This document shows positions 53,953 to 64,000 of a stretch of 64,000 bases of DNA, one piece after another (position 1 is the stretch's first letter; each line of letters opens with the position of its first letter). The DNA comes from the human T2T-CHM13v2.0 reference genome, Homo sapiens. Both the position numbers and the translations under genes were made by a program. The notes under the pieces were generated by a model. It made no database searches. It had not been told where the DNA came from and was given only the letters and a program-made list of their open reading frames with translations. The stretch lies in the NCBI RefSeq assembly GCF_009914755.1, contig NC_060940.1, one strand, 5' to 3'.

Positions 53953-54829
53953 GTGCATGTGGCTATTGTTAGAATAAAAGCACAATGCTAGCAGGAAATA
54001 TCACTGTCACTACCTAGTGTTAATATTTCCTTCACAGTACCAGCTGTAGATAACAAGGTGAGAAAAGATGTTTTCTATTTTCTAAAGAAAAAAAGTGCTC
54101 AAGTTTAACTAGGTAATTAATTAATTCACAAGTGAATCCAAAGTGGGAGCGATTACTAAACAATGACTAATGGTAAAGAATAAACCCTAAGGTAAGTGAT
54201 GATCAAGGAGATGAAACAGTTTTAGTTTAGAGTCCTATTACAATTCTATTTCAATATAAATAAGCTGACACCAGAAGCAAACAATTAACCCCAAAGCCAC
54301 TGGCTGTTCATTAGCTAAGGAATAATTTTACATTTCATTATTATTCATGTTGGCTAAATTTCCATTAAAACCAATTTAGTAAACTGGCCCTCTGATGGGC
54401 TTGAAATTAATAGGAGGAAGAGAAGGCAGAGACGGAACCAAACAGAGGCCATTATTTAAGCATTCTAGGGACAGGGAATCTCATGGGGGCAGATTGCCAC
54501 TTTAATTAAAAATAATGTCTCAATTCACTTTCAAAATGAGTATCTAGAAAATGTCTGGGAAATTTTCCCTGGCCAGGGTGTCTGGCTCATTCACCAAGTG
54601 GGTGATTTCTGCTGCTGGACTTTCTGACTGAGTGGAGAAATGGCCCGCTCGATCCTGGGTCAGCTTCCCCACATTCCCAGCTCTCTGCAGCGCAGTCTCC
54701 AGTGGGGAGGAAAGATGCTTGGAGCTCCTAAAATAGTCCCAGACCCTGGGTGTGAAAGCCACTGTTTCATTCTTTGGTCCAATAGACAGGCTTAATGACT
54801 TCTATTTAACATATAAATGTGACTGTAAT

Positions 54830-55080
54830 ACCAGTGCCTAATTGGCTCACATTTAAGGAACTTTCACTTTGGCCAAGCATGAACTAACTCCTTTAATTGT
54901 CCCAATCCCTCTAATGAGGTGAAGTCTATTATTATCCCCATTTTATAGTTGAGAAAGCTGAGACACACAGAGAGGAGGAGTAACTGATATTCCACGGCTA
55001 AGGTGGCACAGAGCTAGGGTTCAAACCCGTGTCATTGACTCTAGGTCTGTGTGCATAACTGCTAGGCCATGCTGCCTCTG
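54830..55080 (-). mobile_element. MIR SINE
   Basis: attattatccccattttatagttgagaaagctgagacac...gggttcaaaccc. Confidence 0.8.
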
Positions 55081-55414
55081 GAAAAAAATAACAAAACAAC
55101 TTGTGTTTTTTTTTTTTTTGGAAGTATCCAAATCAACAGAGCATAAATTACCTGGTCAGTTGCTTGTGGGAGAACAACGTGTGGGGGATTTGGAATGCCA
55201 GGGCAAGAACTTTGACCTTTACTCTTAGTGGCTTCCCAGAGTGCAGTATCCAGTCCCCTTGGGACCCATCAACAGAATTCAAAACAATATTTAGTAGTTA
55301 TATTGTTTATTTTAAGGTTTATTATAAACAAATTTAACTTCATATATTATATAACTGGTAAAAAAGATAATTCTCATTTAAGAAAAAAATAATTTTTCAC
55401 ACTGCCCTGTAACC

Positions 55415-55630
55415 CTGTGTATCAGGCATTGTTCTAAGTGCTCTGTGTTTTAACTCTTAATCATTATAATAAGGCTGTATGACAGGCACTATTGTTTATT
55501 TTGCTTACAAATGAGGAAACTGAGGCACAGAGATGAACTTCTGCTAGATCTCACAGCCAGCAGACAGCAGAGCAGAGATTTGAACCTAGACACTTGTTTC
55601 CAGACTCTGTGCTCTTAACGATTGTGCTAA
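55415..55630 (-). mobile_element. MIR SINE
   Basis: acaaatgaggaaactgaggcacagaga...gatttgaacctag. Confidence 0.85.
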
Positions 55631-56409
55631 GTGATTAGGAGGAGAGGAGGTTGCAACATGGCGGAAATCATGATGGTGACTGACTCAGGTTGACACCTGC
55701 TGTGGGGATGTAGTCCATCATGTCCTCTTCACAAGGACTTCCGGGAGAGGTTGCCCAGAAGCCAGCTCGTGGCCATGCAAGGGGCATTGGCAGCAAAGCA
55801 GCACTTCTTAGCCAGCATGGCAGAATTCCCAGCACATTTCAAGGATCAGATGTCCACATCCGAGATGAACCCAGCCCTTGGTGTTCAAAATCACTTTAAG
55901 GGGAAGTAGAGCTTTTTCTTTCATGTACCTGGACCAGTAGTTCACTTACTCTGAAAGTCAAGAGGCCCCATGGACTGCCCAGCCCAGCTGCTGTGGAATG
56001 TGGCAGAGAAAGAGGGTGAGAGGGCCTGGATGACTCCCATGCTGGGAGTATTATGCAAACGTGGGAGAAAAAAACATGCTTCCTCTCCTGGCCTACAGGA
56101 GCGCTTGAAAGCCTGCTCATCTGCAAGCCCTAGGGCTGGACTCTACATCACAGCAGTGGATACTCCATCTCCATTGAGAACCCGATGACTGGTGAGTTTC
56201 CTACCTGGGTCGCCCTTACCTAGGATCCTCACTTCCACCTCAACCCACCTGCTTTCCTGTAAACCCCACGGAAGGAGAGGTTCTGTCATGAGCACTTCCC
56301 TGGTCCTGTGTAGTCACTAAGCATCTGATGCCTGATCCAGAAGAACAGAGTGACCACCAGCCCAGACTCGGTCACCAAAAGGACTTTCCTAGACTTGGTC
56401 ACCAGCTTC

Positions 56410-56620
56410 AACTTTCCCAGCTTCCTACTAAATAGCCTTGGGCAAGCCCCACGAACCCCTTGTGCTTATTTTCTTCATATGTAAGGGGTGACAGCAGACC
56501 CACCTCACATGGATATTGTGAGGATTAAAGGGATAATGTATGGAAAATATTTAACCCAGTACTGGGCACACATTAAAAGCTAGATAAATAACAGCCACGA
56601 CTCCTGACACTATTCATACA
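56410..56620 (+). mobile_element. MIR SINE
   Basis: ccttgggcaag...tattgtgaggattaaagggataatgtatg...actgggcacaca. Confidence 0.75.
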
Positions 56621-56949
56621 AGTTTCAAGTTTGATGGCCGAGATCTGGAGTTTGGAAACTTGCAAGCCTAATTTACAAGGCTACGACCCCCGCCTGTGTT
56701 GGGTTCTGCATGCAGCAGCTACTTCAACCTTCCAGACTTGATGCCATCTTCACTTTAATAGATCAGCTTTCCCTTTCTGGTCTTGACAAGTCCTTACTTT
56801 ACCTAATGGGAGGCCACAAGGAGCAATTCTTTGAAAGGAAAGGGGGAGACATCCTTAGAAAGGCATCTAAAAAGCTGCCATTTCGGTGCCGAGAGAAGGC
56901 CATAGGCACTCTCTCAATGACACATGCACAAAAGCTCTTGTTGTGGACA

Positions 56950-57420
56950 CAAATAAGAAAAGTTGAACCCCTCGCCCGGTGTAATTCACTTCATTTATTG
57001 ACCCGAGTTCTCTCCCTGCAACCCTTGATTCCTTTGAATTTGTCAGCAGTTCAGAGACCCCTGGCATTCAACATGATTTGTAATGTAAATTATATAATTG
57101 TACTTTCACATATTTTAACATCAAATGAAATGATTGACTACAGAATCGGAGCTGTCTACAGGTGGGGGCCAATTACCATCTGAATAATCACAGTGCCACA
57201 CAAGAATAGCATAGCCGCTGAGCGTGACATATTTTTATCTCTATGCATTTCAATGAAGTCAGGCTAGTACATAAAAGGTTATCACCTAGGAAACATATTT
57301 TCCTAAGCACAAGTTAAACATGCAAGTGAGATCAGCAAAGATATTCAATTTAGCCAGTCAACCCTAACCTATTAATATTTTAACAAAATCCAGGGAGGAT
57401 AATTTTTTTCTTTGATCCCA
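56950..57420. promoter_or_regulatory. Candidate highly conserved non-coding element/enhancer
   Basis: Repeat-free and AT-rich with retained CpGs; TGATTGAC, TAAT and TGACA motifs. Function inferred. Confidence 0.45.
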
Positions 57421-58286
57421 TTTCATGTGAGCAGCCGGGAAAGGGAAGAAAAATTAAAAACAAAATAGTCAAGCATACAGAATGAGGTTATGTATTAAGT
57501 GGGCTATTTAATGTTTCTGGCATTTCATAGCCCAGGGGAAAGTGTGGATGGATTTAACAATCAAGAGCTGTGTTCCCTTGGCCACAAAGTTCGAGAAACA
57601 TAAAATAATCTATACTTCCAAGCTGACAAATCGTACCTGACACCCAGCTTCATCTCACCGGGACTCCTGAGATCAGCATTAATCATATGTTACAGGGAGT
57701 AAAAAGAAAAGTAAATCACACCACGCTGAAAAGTGAGATGGAAGGTCTTCGGGCAAGGATTTTAATCAATAATATGTGGGATGATAACCAGAAGCTATTG
57801 TTTTAATCTTCCAATATGAAAAGAAATAAATGCAAAACACGAAGCTACCAGGGGCCAAGCGGCTTCCATGATGCCTTGTAAGAACCAAAAACAGTTTGGC
57901 AGCTCAACTTTCTAGTTTGATTCATGACAACAAACTAACAAACGATTTCTTTTTAAAGAGACAGAGTCAAGTGCATTCTTCAGGTTTCCTGTTTCTGGAG
58001 CCTTAGCTATTGCTCAGGTCTCAGGACATGGGTTCTGGATTGCTTGGTTTTCCTTGTGCAGGTTTTTTCATGTTTTGCATGTCTGACATCTATTCATGCT
58101 TCTTCTCCTAACATCACCTCCTTTCTCCAGCCCCACCATCAGTTCTTGTGGTTTGGGCTGTGTTTTTACTAATGGTTCCAGAGAAAAACTGGTATAACAG
58201 TGATTAGATCAGGGATGGATATGTGCTGTATTTGAGCCCTGAAATGCAGGCGTGGGAGTTCATGGTAGTACTGTCATAAAAGAGGC

Positions 58287-58775
58287 TGTTGTGGTTTGAG
58301 GCTGTGTCCCCACAAAATTCACATGTTGAAGTCCTGACCCCCACTGCTCCATAATGTGACTTTATTTAGAAACAGGGTCATTGCTCATGAGATTAGTTAA
58401 GATGAAGTCACACTGGAGTAGGGTGGAACCCTAGTCCAATATGACTGGTGTCCTTATTAAAAGGGGAAATTTGGACAAAAACAGACATGCACACAGAGAG
58501 AATGCCATATGAAGATGAAGGCAGAGATTGAGGTGATACTGCTACAAGCTAAGGAATACCAGAGACTTCCAGGAATACCAGAGACTTCCAATAAATCACC
58601 GGTAGCCAGGGAAGACCGAAACAGCTCCCTCCTCACAGCCCTCAGAAGAAACCAACCCTGCTGATAACCTTGATCTCAGACTTCCAGCCTCCAGAACTGT
58701 AAGACGATCAGTTTCTGTTGATTAGGCCTCTCAGGGTGCGGTACCTTGTTACAACAGCACTAGCAAAGTAATACA
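58287..58775 (+). mobile_element. MaLR solo LTR (MLT1B/C-like)
   Basis: tgttgtggtttgaggctgtgtcccc...ttccagcctccagaactgtaagac...gcaaagtaataca. 5-bp TSD gaggc/aaggc. Confidence 0.88.
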
Positions 58776-59109
58776 AAGGCTCATTCTCTCTTATTATCAT
58801 GTACTTAGAACCTTGATGATTTAAGCTTGACATGGCTAAGATTTATCTTGCCTGTGAATGGTGCCAACACGTGAGAAAGTTGACCAAATACCTAAGTAGA
58901 TGCCTACCTCATGCAGATGTTGCTCATACCTCTGGATCCAGCCATACCTGAAGTTTTATCTCTGACTTTGCAGTTATGTGATCTATTAAATTTCCACTTT
59001 TACTTAAACTGGTTAGAATTGAGTGTTCATCACTTACAACCAAAGGAACCCTAAATGATTTATTCTCAAAGCAGCCAATGTGATCTTAGGATGAATAATA
59101 GACATGAAG

Positions 59110-59540
59110 ACTTTGGAACAAAGAACATGATTGTATTAATCAAACCACAGGAATGTTGGATCCAGTTTGAGGCAACATATGTTTAAGAAGGACATGGATA
59201 GATCTGAACAGAGTGATTAGATGGTGAGAGAAATGGACATCAAATCACAGGAGGTATGAGAGAAGAAAAGGGGTGTGTAGAAAGCATAGATGGCCTCAAA
59301 TATCTACAGGAATGACAATTTGAGGAAGGATTGGGAATTATTTGTGTGACCCCCCACCCAAGGATAAAACTAGGAAACAATGGGAACACATATTTAAAGC
59401 AGAGTGATTATCTAATGCTCCCAGCAATTAGAAGAAGAATGAAAAGCCCCTGAAAGCAGCAAGTCCTTGGATTTGGGAGGTGCTTCTACAGTAGAAGGGA
59501 CTCTATGATTGACTGGATGACTTTAAGGCCCCTTCCAGCT
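59110..59540 (+). mobile_element. L3/CR1 LINE remnant
   Basis: ccagtttgaggcaacatatgtttaagaaggacatggata...tcaaatatct...ggatgactttaaggccccttccagc. Confidence 0.6.
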
Positions 59541-60058
59541 TGTATGTTTAGTTTTATAATTCTTTTACTAAAACCCAACATTCTTCTGGCTGAAACACAC
59601 TATGATTCTATGATTCCAATTCAGTTCTTTCCACCTCAACTTCTTTCCAGACTGTTGAGAATTCTTGCACTTGCTCGAACACACAATGTCATATCACTAA
59701 TCTTAGATTTATGGAATGGCTAACACTGTAGGTGTGGGACTCTTGGTGGCATGAGTCATGTGAAGAGCGATCAAATTTTATTTTTTCCCCTAGCTTTAAT
59801 TAAATGACCTATTCCACAGTGGAGAGTTGAAGGATGATATTAAACCTATGTAATAATCAATCTGGCTATAGATTTTTTAAATAGATGGCTCACGTTAGAC
59901 ACACATTATACTTTATTTTCCTGAACTACGTGAGGTATGCAAAGACACACACTATGCTTGAAATCAAGTGTCCAGTTAAGGCACAAACTGGCTAAAAGCT
60001 TAAAATCGCATCATAAACCCTCTCAGTCTTTCCTTGAAAGAACTTGAGGCTTTGCGAC

Positions 60059-60108
60059 ATTCAGATATGTTATAGCTCCAGGTATTCAGATATGTTATAG
60101 CTCCAGGT
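60059..60108. repeat. Perfect 25-bp tandem duplication
   Basis: attcagatatgttatagctccaggt x2. Confidence 0.95.
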
Positions 60109-60777
60109 GACCATCTTAATTTCTACTGTTAGCATTTGTAGCAGCTTGTCAGATTTCCAGACACCCTTCTGCCAATTCAGCCCAGCAGCTGATGTTACAG
60201 AGAAGCCTGGGCAATGTAAGAGAAAACATTCTTCTAGTTTTGCCCAGCATGGATGTGGGCTGGGCCAACAGAGGAAAGAAATCTCTGTTTATAATCAGGG
60301 AAGGAATCGAGAGCCGATGATGGGAGAGTTTCCATCCTCTGTGCTGGAAGGAAGCCCTGATTGTGCTCAGCAAATAAGGTCCCAGCCATTTCAAAGAGGC
60401 TGCACGTGGCTCTCCACGATTTTAGCATCTGCTATTTGCCTTGGCCTAATTTCTTCCTTGATGCTAAATTATTCTCCAAGTCAACTATCTTTTTTTAAAA
60501 AAATGTAATTTTTAAAACTAGTCCCCAACACAAACAGGAAAGCAGTCTGTTAAGAACATCTATAAATTGATATTATTTTAAGGGCTTTGCCTACTACAGT
60601 AAGTAAATCCATTTCTCAGGCTGGAAGAGTTCTTGGAGACTGGGGAAGTTACAACATTGTCCCTTCAAAAAAGAGTAACTCTTTACGAAAATGAGTCTCT
60701 TGATCTTACATCCTCAGGGTCTTTCACCTTAAAATAATCTTATAGCAGAGAATTCATCAGAGTAAAAAGCAAGAAGA

Positions 60778-61080
60778 AGCTGGGTGCAGTGACTCATGCC
60801 TATAATCCCAGCACTTTGGGAGGTTGAGGCGTGCAGATCTTTTCAGGTCAGGAGTTCGAGACCAGCCTGACCAACATGGTGAAACCCTGTCTCTACTAAA
60901 AGTACAAAAATTAGCCAGGTGCTGTGGCTCATGACTGTAATTCCAGCTACTTGGGAGGCTGAGGCAGGAGAATCAATTGAACTGGGAGGAGGAGATTGCA
61001 GTGAGCCAAGACAGCACCACTGCACTCCAGCCTGGGCAACAGAGTGAGACTCCATCTCAAAAGAAGAAAAAAAAAAAAAA
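60778..61080 (+). mobile_element. Alu SINE, AluSx-like
   Basis: Full dimer, aggtcaggagttcgagaccagcctgaccaacatgg, A-rich tail. Confidence 0.92.
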
Positions 61081-61381
61081 GAAGAGACTAGAAGATAAAC
61101 TCCCAAGATCCCTCAGGTCTGTGTGGAGGGTCTTAGGTTTGCAAAGCACACGGGCACCCAAGATCACTGGAGTCTCCCCCCACTCTTGTGAGAAAAGTAA
61201 GCCTGGAATTATAATTTTCAGTTTCCAGGTGGGAAAACTATGCTTCTTAGAAGGTGAGTGTATCAGAGCTCTCCCAAGACCACAGAGCCAGTAATGCACC
61301 GTCAGGGCTGGAAGCCAGATTTTCCCGACTCCATTTCCACTAGGATCTGCTGCCTCTGAATGCCATTAAGAGCAATATGCA

Positions 61382-61826
61382 CATTTGACCATTGAACAAC
61401 ACAGGTTTGAACTGTGCAGCTCCATGACTATGCGGATTTTCTTCTACCTGTGCCACCCCCGAGACAGCAAGACCAACCCCTCCTCTTCCTCCTCTTCCTC
61501 CTCCTCAGCCTACTCAGTGTGAAGAAGATGAGAATGAAGATCTTTATGATGATCCACTTTCACTTAATGAATAATAAATATATTTCTCTTCCTTATGATT
61601 CTTAATAACATTTTCTTTTCTGTACGTTGCTTTATTTTAAAAATACAACGTATAATACATATACGTGCAAAATATGTGTTAACTGGCATTGACGTTATCT
61701 GTAAGCATTCCAGTCAGCAGTAGGCTATTACTAGTTGAGTTTTTGGGGAGTCAAAAGTTATACACTGATCTTCAACTGCATGGGTGGTCAGTGCCCCTAA
61801 TTCCTGCATTGTTCAAGGAACAAATG
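61382..61826 (+). mobile_element. TcMar-Tigger element (Tigger2a/MER28-like)
   Basis: TIRs catttgaccattgaacaac / ttgttcaaggaacaaatg followed by TA. Internal gagacagcaagaccaacccctcctcttcctcctc...cagcctactca. Confidence 0.85.
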
Positions 61827-61881
61827 TAATATAAAAATAAGTATTTCCTGATTTAGACACCTCTTTGCCAATTCCTTAGAA

Positions 61882-62064
61882 CAGTGGTTCTCAAAGTATG
61901 GTCCCTGGACCAGCAACATCAGTATCATCTGGGAACTCATGAGAAATGGAAATTCTGGGCCCTATCCTAGACCTCTTGAATCAAAATCAGGAGGCAGGGC
62001 CGGAAACCTGGATTTTAAAGTCTTCCAGGTGATTCTGATGTATGCTCAAATTTCAGAACCACTG
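61882..62064. mobile_element. MER5A hAT-Charlie MITE, near full length
   Basis: TIRs cagtggttctcaaa / tttcagaaccactg. 8-bp TSD ccttagaa (61874-61881) / ccttagga (62065-62072). Confidence 0.9.
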
Positions 62065-63459
62065 CCTTAGGAGGTGGTGGTATTTTGTGAGTTTGCATGA
62101 AAGGCTATTGGCAAATATAGACACCAAAAATACAAACTCATCACCTCTGAATTCCATTTAGTGAAGGCCAGAGTCCAAAGCTCTAAAATGCTTATTACTA
62201 TTCAAAGCTGCCTTGGTTGGCTCTGAGAACAGACTACACTCACTCACACTCACATACAGGCCTGGCAGCAAATTCTCTGCTGTTCACTCACCATTGATGC
62301 AGAATTGAGCCGGGCTCAGTTGTGCAGTTGATTATAGTCTGGTACGGGGTGACCAGTTACTCTAATCCTGTACTCTTTGGAAAACAAAGAGCCAAAGTAT
62401 CCGGATATCTGGAGTATGCAGAGGAGGCCCGCGGGGCTCCAGTTTCATCTGTATATTGCTGGGCAGACTAAGAGTGTGGCTATATGTTCCTTCCACTACC
62501 CACACTTGCTCCCTTTCGGATTTAAGCATTCTGCTCAGGGACATATTAATATGCAAAGAAAATCAAACATCACCAGAAAGATGGAAAGTACAAAGAGTCA
62601 GTGATTATTAAAGTTGGGAGAGCAAGAACCAGTTATTTTTTCCAACCTTCTAATGGACTCTGAGGCCCACCCAAAAGCAGTCGATGGCTGCCATAGAAAG
62701 AATTCAGCCTCCCAAGCTCTCTTGGCTTTCCCATGATGCAATGGTTCAGCACAGAAAATCTGTCTACAAGGACTATTGCCACTGATGTTGTTGGAAAAAG
62801 AAACAGACAAAAGGAAGAAAAATCATAGTGTCTTCAAAAGCCAGGGGAGTTTAGGACAAGGTTGAAAATTACATGCAATGATAGAAAGCAATGATCTTTG
62901 CCAATGGGTAGTTCTCAGGCTGAGCTTGGCCTACAGGAGGGTTTTGTTTAATCCACACTTGGCCCAGTTCAACAGTTTTGTTTTTAAAGGTGAATTTGTT
63001 GCCACTGAACAAAAATCAGAAAATCTCATACAAAAATACTGGATCACTCTGTCCCAAAACATACCGGACAATCCGGCCATACTGGGGCCACATCCTCATG
63101 GGGCAGCCATGTCACCATCCCCATTCCAGACAGCTGCTCTCATTTGATACCCACCTAACCTCAGCAAGCATTTGACTTTTCAAGTCCTAATTAAAGCAAA
63201 TCCTAAGTTTATACCATTTAGTATCTAGAACCTAAATTATTTCAGTTCTAGTCTAACACAGAACTGTGGTCTCCTGGGCAGTTGCTTTCCAATGATAGGA
63301 AACGGGAATCTTTAGAAGACAAGTCACATAGAAATCTAAAATCGATGACCCAGTAAGTGTTCACATTCTCTGCCAATAAAATCAAATGGAAAATGTAATA
63401 ATCTATAAAATTACAGTTGTTAAGAAAAGCTAACCAAATTACTTAACTTTTTTATATTC

Positions 63460-63790
63460 GTGTATGTGTTTATTGTCTGCCCCCTCTAAGGGACCATAAG
63501 CCCTATGGGTACCTTGTTCTGGTCATTGTCATATGCCCAATGCCTAAAACAATGCCTGTAGGCACTTGTCAGATATTTGTAGGGTGAGTAAACAGTCATA
63601 TATATGGAAACTTTACTTATGCTAGGCATGGTTCTAAGCACTTTATGAGTATTAAGATCTCAGAGCGTTCCAATGAGAAAAAGACTCTAGCAGATGTGGA
63701 AATCAAGACAAAGGGGGCAGTTAGCGAATGTCCTCATGTTGCCCCACTGGCCAGTGACATGGCAGGGATGAAGAGAAAAGAGCTGGCCCA
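63460..63790. mobile_element. Adjacent L2 3' end (+) and MIR (-) remnants
   Basis: cccaatgcctaaaacaatgcctgtaggcac...atatttg, then tatgctaggcatggttctaagcacttta. Confidence 0.6.
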
Positions 63791-64000
63791 CTCTTCCTCC
63801 TCCCTAACTGTAGCTACATTGCTTGGGCTGAAACTAGTAAACCAAAGACCCAGAAGCCACTCTGGGTCTTTGAATCTCTTTCTGACGCAAAGTAGGTGCT
63901 CACCAAGAGATGTCTGAATTTGCTAGTTAAAATCATTATTTATCTGAGAATAAAAATAGGCTGTTAAAGAAGCCCTGTAATCTAATGAAAAAGCAAGGAG

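Overview
This is primate (most likely human or another simian) non-coding euchromatic DNA, intergenic or intronic. I find no intact protein-coding gene, rRNA/tRNA, CRISPR array or prokaryotic system. Almost all ORF-track entries are chance ORFs or translations of Alu, L1, Tigger or microsatellite sequence. The only recognisable protein homology outside transposons is a decayed processed RPL31 pseudogene (minus strand, ~18.83-19.26 kb). The left half is dense in interspersed repeats: AluJ/AluS (no AluY seen), MIR, L2, L1M/L1PB/L1PA fragments, MaLR and ERVL LTRs, and Tigger and hAT elements. The right half has long repeat-poor, AT-rich, homeobox-motif-rich blocks (~32.6-39.8, 47.7-48.3, 50.5-51.1, 54.0-54.6, 56.7-57.9 kb) and a small CpG-rich patch (~37.3-37.5 kb). 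These resemble enhancer clusters of a developmental-gene desert, but that is inference and conservation was not measured. The most unusual structure seen directly is a 47-bp inverted copy of target-site DNA plus a fold-back AT spacer at the 5' junction of an L1PB insertion (14.1-14.3 kb). Also notable are two old local duplications (28.5/29.8 kb and 37.55/38.2 kb), a MER63-like element hit by two separate L1PA insertions, and several perfect tandem micro-duplications. Repeat subfamily names come from my recall of consensus sequences, not from a search, and boundaries are approximate unless TSDs/TIRs are cited.
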